Assembly: GCA_002470825.1 (NCBI GenBank) | Contig: DKOR01000014.1 | Coordinates: 7,021-71,020 of the forward strand | Length of the DNA stretch: 64,000 bases | Source: Thiotrichaceae bacterium UBA7357 | GTDB taxonomy: Bacteria; Pseudomonadota; Gammaproteobacteria; Eutrophobiales; Eutrophobiaceae | Direction: 5' to 3' | Shown: in pieces, positions 1 to 10,421 of the stretch | Layout: the number at the start of each line of letters is the position of its first letter | Numbering within the stretch: position 1 is the first letter of the stretch | The notes under the pieces: generated by a model | Seen by the model: the letters and a program-made list of their open reading frames with translations, nothing else | The model's database searches: none | What the model was told of the DNA's origin: nothing | Position numbers and translations under genes: made by a program

Positions 1-322
1 TTAAAATTTTATCGTTAAGCTCTATAGTAGAATATTCTGTTTTACTCCAAGCAGGCATGGCATCAACTAATTGTCCGGCAAAAGCAAGACCAAGTAGCAT
101 TAGTCTTGATGATGGCCATTCAAGAATTTTATTAGTATGCCAATATTGTAAGCAAACTCACTCTCAAGCTCGCTAATCTCATCATTTAATTCATTAACCA
201 GTCGATACAGTAACGCACCAATGGCACCAAGCATTAAAAACCAGAAGATAACAGCAAAAACACATTTATGTGATTCGACTAAGCTAGATTTAATTATAGC
301 AATCTCACTTGAATGATTTTCA

Positions 323-658
323 CTAAATTAGTGAGTTATTTATTAGATTTTCTTCTAATTCAGAAGCTACATCAATATCATTCTTGTCTACTGCGCTAAT
401 ATATTTATCCAAACGACTATCGAGATTTTTTGATGAGAGACAATAAATCAAGACAACGAGAGATATCATGACTTGTACGGTCGATGGCAATAAGGTGCTT
501 AGACATAACAGGATAATTAGTCCAGATAAAGCAATCGATAAAACAATCAACAAACCAAATATGCCATCCCAAAATTTGTATTGTGCCAACCGTTTCTCTA
601 AAGAATAATATAATATGGCGCACCATTGATAACTACGAAAGTGTTCTAATCCACTCAA
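323..658 (-). CDS. hypothetical small membrane protein, possibly a fragment of a disrupted ampE-like gene downstream of ampD
   Basis: 111 aa ORF with hydrophobic stretches. It lies immediately downstream of ampD in the ampD-ampE position. The reading frame continues in a different frame below position 327 (see findings). Confidence 0.35.
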   Translation of the reverse strand: MSGLEHFRSYQWCAILYYSLEKRLAQYKFWDGIFGLLIVLSIALSGLIILLCLSTLLPSTVQVMISLVVLIYCLSSKNLDSRLDKYISAVDKNDIDVASELEENLINNSLI

Positions 659-697
659 AAAAAATCAAGCTAATAGCTATAATGATTATAACTAATG

Positions 698-1264
698 TCA
701 TAATGTCAGTAAGGATAAATAATAGTTCTTATCGAAAGTTAGACCTGGATCAGTTTTACGCCCTGGCGCAATATCACTATGGCTAACGATATGATCTATT
801 GTTATCTTATTCCAGCGTTGACAAATCAGGTCTGTTATCTTGGCTAAATTATAGTATTGGATTTCACAATAAGCTTCTTCATTACAGCCTTCAAGCTCTA
901 TACCAATAGCAAAATCATTACATTGTTTACGACCATTGAAAGAAGATTCTCCGGCATGCCATGCACGTTTAGTAAAAGGAACATATTGTGTTACATTACC
1001 CTTACGATCAATTAACAGATGCGATGAGACACGTAATTCATAAACTTCAGCAAAATACGGATGAGCCTCGGGATTTAATGTATTAGTGAATAATTGATCA
1101 ATGAAACCACCCCCATACTCTTTAGGCGGCAGGCTTATACCATGGATAACCAAAAGACCGATACCTGATAAATCGGGACGTTCATCGTGATTTGGTGATT
1201 CTACAATACGTGCTCCAACCAACCATTCACCATCTTCATCAATCTGAAAGTCCACTCTCTTCAA
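698..1264 (-). CDS. ampD: 1,6-anhydro-N-acetylmuramyl-L-alanine amidase AmpD
   Basis: 188 aa. It aligns along its whole length with remembered E. coli AmpD (WLVGAR, PDLSG, LLVIHGISLPP, AHPYFAE, YVPFTKRAWHAGESSFNGRKQCNDFAIGIELEG, HSDIAPGRKTDPG). Confidence 0.9.
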   Translation of the reverse strand: MKRVDFQIDEDGEWLVGARIVESPNHDERPDLSGIGLLVIHGISLPPKEYGGGFIDQLFTNTLNPEAHPYFAEVYELRVSSHLLIDRKGNVTQYVPFTKRAWHAGESSFNGRKQCNDFAIGIELEGCNEEAYCEIQYYNLAKITDLICQRWNKITIDHIVSHSDIAPGRKTDPGLTFDKNYYLSLLTL

Positions 1265-1341
1265 TTTGAATACCTGTATTGCCTTGTTAAACTCATACGC
1301 TAAAATAACATAATCGTGAAGAATCTAAAGAGAGAATTATG

Positions 1342-2106
1342 ATGTGCCGACTAGCCGCCTATATTGGTGCCAAAATATCTTTATCCGTATTTTTGAAAGA
1401 GCATGAACATAACCTTATACAGCAATCATGGGCTCCTAAAGAAATGCAAAACGGCATATTAAATGCTGATGGCTATGGTATAGCATGGCTATCAGAAAAA
1501 AATATTCCCAGTAGCTATAAAAATATCCTGCCTATTTGGTCTGACACAAATTTGAATAGCCTCGCTCGCTCGCTTAGCAGTCAGTTATGGCTAGCAAATA
1601 TACGTGGTGCTACATTGGGTCAAGGAATTAGCGAGTCAAATACTCAACCCTTTATAAAAGATAGCTTTATTTTTACCCATAACGGTAGTCTAGAACCATT
1701 CAATGATCTTACTAAAGCAAACTTTTTAGATATATTACCGAGCACGATCATTACAGGAATAACGGGTAATTCAGATTCGCTTTATTTATTTGCTTTATTA
1801 CGACATCACTTAGAAAGGCAAGATTCAATATCTAATGCTATTATTTCAATGATGGATGATTTGAAGTCGATATGCCGTCATTCAATATCAGCTTTAGTAA
1901 ATATCATCATCAGTGACGGAAATTCATTATATGCCTGTCGGCATGCATTGAATGGTGAATGTCCAAGTCTTTATTATCTCTTTAATCAAGACAATGTTTG
2001 GATAGCATCAGAACCTCTTTCTCCAAACGATACTTGGGTGTCATTTCCTGAAAATAGTTTTATTCGTTTTAACCGAGCTGGTGTGATTGAAGAACATCAC
2101 TTATGA
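1342..2106 (+). CDS. egtC: class II (Ntn) glutamine amidotransferase, EgtC-like
   Basis: The protein starts MCRLAAY, giving Cys2 as the Ntn nucleophile after Met removal; the likely start is the second ATG. The motifs LNADGYG, FTHNGSLE, ISDGNSLYACR and IASEPL parallel mycobacterial EgtC. It overlaps the next ORF by 4 nt (ATGA). Confidence 0.7.
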   Translation: MCRLAAYIGAKISLSVFLKEHEHNLIQQSWAPKEMQNGILNADGYGIAWLSEKNIPSSYKNILPIWSDTNLNSLARSLSSQLWLANIRGATLGQGISESNTQPFIKDSFIFTHNGSLEPFNDLTKANFLDILPSTIITGITGNSDSLYLFALLRHHLERQDSISNAIISMMDDLKSICRHSISALVNIIISDGNSLYACRHALNGECPSLYYLFNQDNVWIASEPLSPNDTWVSFPENSFIRFNRAGVIEEHHL

Positions 2107-3257
2107 AAAAGATGATTGCGACTTTTCGTTTATTACAAAATGAAGTCATTGATATTGTCAGTGATGTAACTGAAGAGCATTATAAGAAACAGTTCCATCC
2201 AGACTTGAGTCCAATTGGCTGGCACCTTGGTCATTGTGTTTTCACAGAAAGTTATTGGATAAAAGAACGATTATTAAAAAAGAAAGTCACGTATGACACT
2301 TTGAAGTCACTTTATATTCCTGAGTTAAGCATTAAGAAAAATCGTGGCGGCCCATTGCCAAAAAAAAGTAAAATGCTTTCATGGGCTAAAGATTTACAAA
2401 TAGAAAACTATACTTTACTAGACTTAGCGACTATTGAATTGGCCTCACATAAACTATTAAAAAATAATTTTTTAATACATTTTTTGATACAACACTACGC
2501 ACAACATATCGAAATCATAAAAATGGTTCTAACAGCAATACAAATCAAGAGAAATCACATTGATTTCAATTCATCAAAAATCTCAGAACCTAACCAACGA
2601 CAAAAAAAAATAATAACGGTTGAATCTAGTAACTATATTATAGGCCTTGAGGAAAATAATTTACCTTATGATAACGAAAAACCCCCTCACAGTATAAGAT
2701 TGGATAGCTTTAAAATATCAAGCTTACCAGTATCTAATGGTGAGTATTTAAGCTTCATGAATTCCGCAGCTTATTCAAAAAAAGAAATTTGGTCAGATGC
2801 TGGCTGGGAATGGTTTAGTAATGATAAGCAAGCACACCCATATCATTGGCATAAACATAAAAATGGATATTGGTATGGCGTAGGACATCAAGGTCCATAT
2901 ACACTAGACATACAACAAGCTGTTTATGGCTTAAACTATTTTGAAGCTGAGGCTATTGCAACATGGGCAGGAGGACGACTACCACATGAATACGAATGGG
3001 AAGTAGCGGCTAAAAATCATCAGTTAGAACAAAGGGGAGCTGTCTGGGAATGGTGTAGTAATGAATTTCATCCCTATGATGGATTTTTTTCTTATCCTTA
3101 TACCAACTATTCAGAACCCTATTTTGATGGTAAACATTACGTTTTAAAGGGTGGTAGTAAACATACAAAAACTCATATTAAACGAGCTAGTTTTCGTAAT
3201 TATTATCATGCAGATAAGCGTCATATTTTTGCAGGTTGTCGATTAGCTTATGACTGA
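2103..3257 (+). CDS. egtB: DinB_2 / FGE-sulfatase two-domain protein, EgtB-like sulfoxide synthase
   Basis: 384 aa. The N-terminal part has DinB-like His-rich motifs (LSPIGWHLGHCVFTESYW). The C-terminal part has FGE-sulfatase-like aromatic/Gly-rich segments (GNVWEW-type: GAVWEWCSNEF). It is translationally coupled to the egtC-like gene. It is too short to be OvoA. Confidence 0.65.
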   Translation: MKKMIATFRLLQNEVIDIVSDVTEEHYKKQFHPDLSPIGWHLGHCVFTESYWIKERLLKKKVTYDTLKSLYIPELSIKKNRGGPLPKKSKMLSWAKDLQIENYTLLDLATIELASHKLLKNNFLIHFLIQHYAQHIEIIKMVLTAIQIKRNHIDFNSSKISEPNQRQKKIITVESSNYIIGLEENNLPYDNEKPPHSIRLDSFKISSLPVSNGEYLSFMNSAAYSKKEIWSDAGWEWFSNDKQAHPYHWHKHKNGYWYGVGHQGPYTLDIQQAVYGLNYFEAEAIATWAGGRLPHEYEWEVAAKNHQLEQRGAVWEWCSNEFHPYDGFFSYPYTNYSEPYFDGKHYVLKGGSKHTKTHIKRASFRNYYHADKRHIFAGCRLAYD

Positions 3258-3658
3258 CCTATTGCTATATTAGTCACTTTAGCCTCCGAATATTTAAATA
3301 ATATACTGTTCATCAATTATCATTTCTATCATTATTCTTAAAAAAATTAGATTTTTCCGTTCTAGTAACTACGTTTTGTTCGTTGATATAATAGCAATAT
3401 ATGTGGCTAAATAGTAAGAACGAAAGTAAATGTCTCCCTTAACTAATTTAACTTTGAAATTACGGTATCAGAGAGTTTATTGTTACCATGGTACTTCACG
3501 TGAAAGAAAAAAATTCTTCTGAGCCTTAGCTTTTAAAAACATCTCAACTATTCAGAACAAAATGACTATTTCTTCATTCGACAATATTTAATAATAACGA
3601 TTAAACTAGCCTGACTTAAATCAATTTTTTATTATCTCAATAATATAAGAGTAACAGT

Positions 3659-5035
3659 ATGTCTTGGGTACACGATAAGTTAAATATAGTAAGCAGCATC
3701 ATTTGGGGGGAATATTTACTCATTCCTCTAATGGTATTTGTGGGCGTATATCTGACGATAGGACTTCGCGCTATGCCTTGGCTAAAAATACCTCTTGCAT
3801 TTCAAACGCTATGGCAAGGTCGAAAGAATTCATCTGAGAAAAAAGGTGATATCAGTCCATTTCAAGCTTTAATGACAGCCCTTTCAGCAACTGTAGGTAC
3901 AGGCAATATTGCTGGTGTTGCCACTGCGATTTATTTCGGAGGACCAGGCGCAATATTTTGGATGTGGGTCATTGCGATCTTTGGCATGGCGACAAAATAT
4001 GCTGAAGCTGTGCTCGCTGTAAGTTATAGAGAAAAAGATATGCTTGGCAATTATGTTGGCGGTCCTATGTACTATATACGTAACGGATTAGGTGACAACT
4101 GGAAATGGATGGCCGCTTCATTCGCTTTTTTTGCAATGATTGCAGCATTTGGCATTGGGAATATGGTTCAATCACATTCTGTGGCAGATGAAATTAAATC
4201 AAGCTTTAGTGTTCCTACTTGGTTTACGGGTACTATTATGGCAGCACTAACTGCCGTCGTAATTATAGGCGGAGTGAAACGTATTGCTCAAATAGCCTCA
4301 AAGGTTGTTCCTTTTATGGCAGCAATTTATATTATTGCTGCGCTAGCTATACTTTCCTTAAATATAGAAAAAATACCTGCTGCGTTTTTACTCATTGTTA
4401 ATAGCGCATTCACCGGCTCTGCCGCGAGTGGTGGTTTTTTGGGAGCATCAATCTGGATGGCTATACGCTGGGGCTTTGCTAGAGGTATTTTTTCCAACGA
4501 ATCTGGACTAGGTAGTGCACCAATTGCTCATGCTGCTGCCCAAACTAATGACCCGGTCAAACAAGGGATGGTGGCTATGTTAGGTACTTTTATTGACACT
4601 CTAATTCTATGTAGCCTTACAGCATTTGTCATCATTGTTACAGGCGCATGGGAAAGTGGACTACAGGGCGCGCCTATGACATCACTGGCATTTTCAATTG
4701 GTCTATATGGTTACGGTAATTATGTCGTTAGTTTTGGTCTGATCTTATTTGCCTTCACAACCATAATCGGTTGGAGTTACTATGGTGAAAGATGTGCAAG
4801 TTATCTGTTTGGAACATCGATTGTATTTTACTATCGAATTGTATGGATTTCAGCGATTTTCATTGGGGCAAATGTAAAGCTAGAAATTGTTTGGGCTTTT
4901 GCAGATGTTCTTAATGGATTAATGGCATTACCTAACCTTATAGCCCTGTTGTTGCTGAGCCCGATTGTCTTCAGCAAAACACGACAATATTTTAATAACA
5001 AAAATTCAAAATGGTCATTAATCAGAAAGATATAA
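3659..5035 (+). CDS. sodium:alanine/glycine symporter (AGCS family)
   Basis: 458 aa polytopic membrane protein with AGCS-type motifs (ALSATVGTGNIAGVATAI, multiple TM segments). Confidence 0.85.
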   Translation: MSWVHDKLNIVSSIIWGEYLLIPLMVFVGVYLTIGLRAMPWLKIPLAFQTLWQGRKNSSEKKGDISPFQALMTALSATVGTGNIAGVATAIYFGGPGAIFWMWVIAIFGMATKYAEAVLAVSYREKDMLGNYVGGPMYYIRNGLGDNWKWMAASFAFFAMIAAFGIGNMVQSHSVADEIKSSFSVPTWFTGTIMAALTAVVIIGGVKRIAQIASKVVPFMAAIYIIAALAILSLNIEKIPAAFLLIVNSAFTGSAASGGFLGASIWMAIRWGFARGIFSNESGLGSAPIAHAAAQTNDPVKQGMVAMLGTFIDTLILCSLTAFVIIVTGAWESGLQGAPMTSLAFSIGLYGYGNYVVSFGLILFAFTTIIGWSYYGERCASYLFGTSIVFYYRIVWISAIFIGANVKLEIVWAFADVLNGLMALPNLIALLLLSPIVFSKTRQYFNNKNSKWSLIRKI

Positions 5036-5832
5036 GCGCAAATGTCACATTGGCATTGATCGAAGATGTTGGTAGTGGAGATATTACCGCAGAATTAATA
5101 CCAGAAGATGCCTCAGCTTCGGCAATACTAGTCACTCATGAACATGCCGTAGTTGCTGGTTCTCAATGGTTTGAGGAAGTATTTAATCAATTGCCTGGTA
5201 ATACGACAATAGATTGGAATGTTTCAGATGGAGATGTCATTACACCCGAACAGAAATTATGCACAATTAATGGTTCTGCACGCTCGCTTTTAACAGGTGA
5301 ACGAACCGCAATAAATTTTTTACAAACCATTTCTGCTACTGCAACAACAGTTGCGAGTTTTGTCGACATCATAAAAGATACTAAAACTAAAATATTAGAT
5401 ACACGAAAAACTATACCTGGCTTAAGGCTTGCTCAAAAGTATGCTGTTTCATGTGGTGGTGGCGCTAATCATCGTATTGGACTTTATGATGCTATTTTGA
5501 TTAAAGAAAATCATATAATGGCAGCGGGAAGTATTATGCAAGCAGTTATAAAAGCAAGAGAAAAAAAACTACCTGTAGAAGTAGAAGTTGAGTCCTTGAT
5601 TGAACTTGAAGAAGCATTAAAGGCGAAAGCAGACCAAATTTTATTAGATAATTTTGATCTGCCCTCATTAGAAGTAGCCGTAAATATAAATCAAGGACGT
5701 GCCAAACTTGAAGCTTCTGGCAATATAAATAAAGATAATCTCTATGACATTGCGAAAACTGGCATAGACTACATCTCTATTGGCGCATTAACCAAACACA
5801 TCCGAGCAATTGATTTTTCCATGCGCATGTAA
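5011..5832 (+). CDS. nadC: nicotinate-nucleotide diphosphorylase (quinolinate phosphoribosyltransferase) NadC
   Basis: 273 aa with near-colinear similarity to E. coli NadC (LLTGERTAINFLQT, LDTRKTIPGLRLAQKYAV, GGGANHR, LIKENHI, VGALTKH). It overlaps the upstream transporter by 25 nt. Confidence 0.9.
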   Translation: MVINQKDISANVTLALIEDVGSGDITAELIPEDASASAILVTHEHAVVAGSQWFEEVFNQLPGNTTIDWNVSDGDVITPEQKLCTINGSARSLLTGERTAINFLQTISATATTVASFVDIIKDTKTKILDTRKTIPGLRLAQKYAVSCGGGANHRIGLYDAILIKENHIMAAGSIMQAVIKAREKKLPVEVEVESLIELEEALKAKADQILLDNFDLPSLEVAVNINQGRAKLEASGNINKDNLYDIAKTGIDYISIGALTKHIRAIDFSMRM

Positions 5833-6264
5833 TATTTTTAGAAAAAAACTATTGTGCTGATGAATCACTATACATGTTTGTTTATAAAAAATATTCCATA
5901 CAATCTCAAAATCAACAATAAGCTTTTTATTAACGGTCGTAAAAAACATCAACCAATGAAGAAATAGAACACATATTATTAATAAAACTAGATATCTCAC
6001 GCCCAGCAATTTATTTTTGTAGTCATGTTCTATACTGAATTAATAAAAGGGTTAGATACTTAGGGGATATATGAGCAAAGATATTGATATATAGGAATAT
6101 AATGCAACATTATCTATTTATAATGTGAAATTCTAAAAAAAAAGTAAATACAGGAATTTTTCCCGTATTATTCATGACTAACACTCTTTTTTTAATGTAA
6201 TTAATTCGATACTGTTACAATCAAATGATAACCTCAATAAGGTTCTAAAAAATGAAAGACTCTA

Positions 6265-8673
6265 ATGTATAACAGCACTATTTTTAAAATTACTAACTTC
6301 ATGGTAACACTGTTTGTGTTAATAACATCACAAAATATATTTGCTGATGATAATATCCTAGATAAAGAAAGTGTTGAGGTTATAGGTATTACACCGACAC
6401 ATGGTGTCGGACTTCCTGAAGAATTAATTCCTTATAATGTCCAGTCGGCATCAAGTACTGATTTAGAGGCAAGTCAAACTCTCGACTTAACTGACTTTAT
6501 GAATCGGAACCTTGGCAGTGTTACTATCAATGATGCTCAAAATAACCCCTTACAATCGGATGTGTCATATCGTGGTTATTCATTGTCACCATTACTAGGC
6601 TTACCTCAAGGATTGGCAGTCTACCAAAATGGTGTGCGAGTTAATGAACCATTTGGTGATTCTATGAATTGGGATCTAGTCCCAGAATCATCTATAGCAA
6701 ATATTAATCTAATCGGTGGTGCTAACCCTGTCTTTGGTCTTAATGCATTAGGAGGATCACTCTCCATTACGACAAAAAATGGTTTTACCCATCCGGGGCA
6801 AAATATTGAAACTTATGGTGGTTCGTTTGAGCGTATCGTTTCAACTATTGAGTCCGGTGGTAATAACGGTAAATGGGGTTATTTTATCACCGCAAATTAC
6901 TTCGATGAGGATGGTTGGCGCGATGCTTCGCCATCTGATGCGTTAAATCTATTTGGTTCACTAAGCTATCGTGCAACAAAGACAACATTAGACTTATCGC
7001 TTAATCACGCGAATACAGATTTAATTGGCAATGGTTCATCGCCCGTAGAACTACTCGAACTTGATAGGGCAGCTGTGTTTACATCTCCTGATCAGACAGA
7101 GAATAAAATGACAATGGTTAATCTAGAGGGCACTCAGTGGGTCAACGATAGTATCCAATTAAGTGGAAATGCTTTTTATCGTAAAAATGAGACTGACAGT
7201 TTCAATGGCGATGGCTCAGAATTTACTGATTGTGGTGGTGGTGACGCCGGTTTTTTATGTGAAGAAGATGATCTTACTGAGCCAATAGAAGACCAGAACG
7301 GAAATAACATTGCCGAATCAGTTAACGGAATTGAACGTAACGCGATAAACAATATCAGTAATCGAGAACAAGAAGGTTTCGGTGCAAACCTACAAACGAG
7401 TTTTCTGAATGATTTATTTGGTCATAAAAATCAGTTGATTTTTGGCACCGGCTACCAACAAGGACTTATCGATTTCTTTTCGACCGTAGAAATTGCATCG
7501 CTTAACTGTACTGTTAATGGGGAAGATTGCACTCTTGCTAGTGCAGATCGAGGCACATCAAGAACATCTCTCTTTGTACCTGAAGAAGGCACAAGCATTA
7601 AAGCCCATAACCGTGCATGGTCAATCTATGCGACGGATACTTTTTTAGTAACGGATAAACTCGCAATCACTGCATCAGTTCGCTATAACAACTCACATAT
7701 AGTCTTGAGTGATAGGAGTAGTCAAAACAATCTCGTTGACCCCGAAGACCCAACAGCACTGAATGGTGAACATGATTTTGATCGTATCAATCCCGCATTT
7801 GGTATTACTTATAAATTTGACAATAACATAGGCGTTTATGGTAGCTATAGTGAATCAGCTCGGGCACCTACGCCGATTGAATTGTTATGTGCACGTGAAG
7901 ACGCTCCTTGTAATTTACCCAATGCATTTCTCGCTGATCCACCACTTGAACAAGTTGTCACCAAAAGTTATGAAGGTGGTGTCAGAGGCGCCTTAGGTAA
8001 TGGCATCAGCTATAGTATCAGTGCTTTTCATAGTACTAATAACGATGACATTATCTTTGGTTCAACGGGTGGCACAACATCAAGCAGAGGCTTCTTTAGG
8101 AATGTTGGTGATACAGAACGTGTTGGTACAGAGGTTGGTTTAAATGGGATATTCAACAAGAAATTAAATTGGTATCTCAATTACAGCTATGTTGATGCTT
8201 CTTTTCAAGATGCTTTTGTTGGAATTAGTGCGAATCATCCAAATGCGACTGATTTAAACGGTGATGGAGATGCAGATGAAATTCAGGTCGATTCAGGAGA
8301 CAGGATACCCGGTATACCTGAGCATACATTTAAGTTAGGCGGTTTATATAGCTTCACAGAAAAATTCTCCGTTGGTGCCAATATGATTTACAACTCTACT
8401 CAATTTCTGCGTGGTGATGAGAGCAATGAGCTGGGTTCTGTCGATGGTTATGCGATCGTCAATTTAAATAGTACTTATAAAATTAATAATACCTTTTCAA
8501 TATTTGCACGTGTTAATAATTTATTTGATACAAACTATGAAACATTTGGATTGTTGGGTGAAGCAGATGAAGTATTTGATGGTACGGGAGCAACGGGGGC
8601 ATTCACTAGTTCAGTATTCCAAGGTGCGGGCGCACCCATTAGTGCTTTCGTAGGTATTTCTGCTTCTTTTTAA
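6265..8673 (+). CDS. TonB-dependent outer membrane receptor
   Basis: 802 aa with a signal peptide, an N-terminal plug-like region and a long beta-barrel-type sequence. It ends in a C-terminal aromatic residue (…ISASF). The true start may be the internal Met at about 6301. Confidence 0.85.
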   Translation: MYNSTIFKITNFMVTLFVLITSQNIFADDNILDKESVEVIGITPTHGVGLPEELIPYNVQSASSTDLEASQTLDLTDFMNRNLGSVTINDAQNNPLQSDVSYRGYSLSPLLGLPQGLAVYQNGVRVNEPFGDSMNWDLVPESSIANINLIGGANPVFGLNALGGSLSITTKNGFTHPGQNIETYGGSFERIVSTIESGGNNGKWGYFITANYFDEDGWRDASPSDALNLFGSLSYRATKTTLDLSLNHANTDLIGNGSSPVELLELDRAAVFTSPDQTENKMTMVNLEGTQWVNDSIQLSGNAFYRKNETDSFNGDGSEFTDCGGGDAGFLCEEDDLTEPIEDQNGNNIAESVNGIERNAINNISNREQEGFGANLQTSFLNDLFGHKNQLIFGTGYQQGLIDFFSTVEIASLNCTVNGEDCTLASADRGTSRTSLFVPEEGTSIKAHNRAWSIYATDTFLVTDKLAITASVRYNNSHIVLSDRSSQNNLVDPEDPTALNGEHDFDRINPAFGITYKFDNNIGVYGSYSESARAPTPIELLCAREDAPCNLPNAFLADPPLEQVVTKSYEGGVRGALGNGISYSISAFHSTNNDDIIFGSTGGTTSSRGFFRNVGDTERVGTEVGLNGIFNKKLNWYLNYSYVDASFQDAFVGISANHPNATDLNGDGDADEIQVDSGDRIPGIPEHTFKLGGLYSFTEKFSVGANMIYNSTQFLRGDESNELGSVDGYAIVNLNSTYKINNTFSIFARVNNLFDTNYETFGLLGEADEVFDGTGATGAFTSSVFQGAGAPISAFVGISASF

Positions 8674-8863
8674 AGATATGCCCTTAGCTTTGTTATCAAA
8701 AAAGGAGATTCTTATTTTAGGTTTGTCTTTTATTCTTATAAAGTATGATGTTTAATGTGATTTAACAACACTAAACTTTATCAATCCTTAAAAATAAAAG
8801 ATATTGAGGCTATATACGGCTCTTTATCGTATCCACAAGACTCGCCAATAAGTAGAGCTATTC

Positions 8864-10375
8864 ATGAGTAATCTATTCAAGCTTTTTGAAGAACGATTTC
8901 CAAAAGACTTATTACAATCTTTTATTGAAACTAAAGATGGAAAACAATATTGCTATCAAGATTTAATCAATCTTACTTCCAGCATCGCATCCACTCTGAG
9001 CAATGCGGGTATAAGTAAGAGCGATAGAATTATCTTTCAAGTAAACAAATCACCAGAAGCTATTTTTCTATATCTTGCTTGCATCAAAATTGGCGCAGTA
9101 GCAGTGCCTTTAAATTATGCTTACACGGCTTCAGAACTGTCCTATTTCTTAGATGATATAGAACCTAGCATGGTTATTTGTGACCCTGCTTCACCTATCA
9201 TCAAGGAGAAGCTTTTACAGAAAAAACATAACTCAATTCTATTGACACTAAATAAGCATGGCAAGGGGACGCTATTTAATGATAATAATGCAAGTAATTT
9301 CGTACAAACAGCTGATGTTGTTGGAGATGATGTTGCTTGCATACTTTATACGAGTGGTACAACTGGGAAACCTAAAGGAGCAATGATCACTCATGAGAAT
9401 CTATCTTCAAATGCAATAGCGATACATAAAAGCTGGGAGTTTAATAGTGATGATATCTTATTACATGCTTTGCCTATTTTTCATGTACATGGGCTTTTTG
9501 TAGCACTGAACAGTGTACTACTTAGTGGGGCAACTATGATTTTCTTAGCTGAATTTAATGTTGATGACATTATTAAATTCTTACCTCGAACTACCGTATT
9601 AATGGGTGTACCTACATTTTACACACGCTTACTCGCCCATGCTGAACTCAATGATAAGATCATAAAGAATATACGTTTATTTATCTCAGGCTCGGCTCCA
9701 CTGCTTAAAGAAGTTTCCGACAAATTTTATAAAAAAACAGGACACAGAATTCTAGAACGCTATGGTATGACAGAAACTATAATGATCGCGTCTAATCCAT
9801 TAAATGAAGAACGCATACCTGGAACTGTAGGACAAGCTCTACCTAATATTTCAGTAAAAATTACTACTGAGGATGACAAAACTCTTGAAACTGGATTAAC
9901 CGGAAACATACAAGTAGCAGGACCGAATGTATTCAAGGGCTATTGGAAGAATCCTGTAAAAACGCAACGAGAATTTACCAAAGATGGTTTTTTTAAAACC
10001 GGTGATATCGGTTTTAAAAATGTAAACGGCTATTTAACAATAGTAGGCCGTTCAAAAGATTTAATAATTTCTGGAGGTTATAATGTTTACCCAAAGGAAA
10101 TAGAAAATATTATAAATACCTTGGATGGTATTAATGAGTCAGCGGTAATTGGTATACCACACCCAGATTTTGGAGAGGGAGTTATTGCTATTATTGTTAA
10201 GGAGAAGAATAATAAATTCGATGAATTAAATCTAAAAAAAATTCTCAAAAAAAAGTTGGCTACTTACAAAGTACCGAAAAGAATTTTTGATGTTAGTCAG
10301 TTACCTCATAATATCATGGGTAAGGTTCAGAAGAATAGCTTACGAGAAAAATATAGACATATATTTGATGAATAG
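8864..10375 (+). CDS. AMP-dependent CoA ligase, malonyl/methylmalonyl-CoA synthetase (MatB)-like
   Basis: 503 aa adenylate-forming enzyme (YTSGTTGKPKGAMITHENL). The N-terminal region closely parallels remembered rhizobial MatB (VNKSPEAIFLYLACIKIGAVAVPLNYAYTASELSYFLDDIEP). Confidence 0.75.
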   Translation: MSNLFKLFEERFPKDLLQSFIETKDGKQYCYQDLINLTSSIASTLSNAGISKSDRIIFQVNKSPEAIFLYLACIKIGAVAVPLNYAYTASELSYFLDDIEPSMVICDPASPIIKEKLLQKKHNSILLTLNKHGKGTLFNDNNASNFVQTADVVGDDVACILYTSGTTGKPKGAMITHENLSSNAIAIHKSWEFNSDDILLHALPIFHVHGLFVALNSVLLSGATMIFLAEFNVDDIIKFLPRTTVLMGVPTFYTRLLAHAELNDKIIKNIRLFISGSAPLLKEVSDKFYKKTGHRILERYGMTETIMIASNPLNEERIPGTVGQALPNISVKITTEDDKTLETGLTGNIQVAGPNVFKGYWKNPVKTQREFTKDGFFKTGDIGFKNVNGYLTIVGRSKDLIISGGYNVYPKEIENIINTLDGINESAVIGIPHPDFGEGVIAIIVKEKNNKFDELNLKKILKKKLATYKVPKRIFDVSQLPHNIMGKVQKNSLREKYRHIFDE

Positions 10376-10421
10376 GTGATATTAATTGATTAGAGATATT
10401 ATTTTATTTATAGTACTAAAA

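Noticed and set aside
3258-3658. Possible glycine riboswitch upstream of the Na:alanine/glycine symporter gene
   Set aside because: The 400-nt leader lacks the conserved GGAGAG … ACCGAAGG(G)GCAA aptamer cores. It is simply AT-rich with a TATAAT-like box.
4219-4401. Numerous short ORFs embedded in or antisense to long genes (for example 4219-4401, 5187-5372, 9142-9342, 11162-11762, 17143-17454, 26377-27121, 27317-28551, 33502-34666, 38705-40418, 42250-42589, 50484-51255, 51605-51927, 52285-52635, 54830-55429, 56816-57097, 60113-60340)
   Set aside because: They overlap well-supported genes on the other strand or in another frame and have no motifs. They were treated as spurious.
6205-6245. Fur box upstream of the TonB-dependent receptor
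   Set aside because: Only a partial match (AAATGATAACC…) to the GATAATGATAATCATTATC consensus. It is not convincing without a PWM score.
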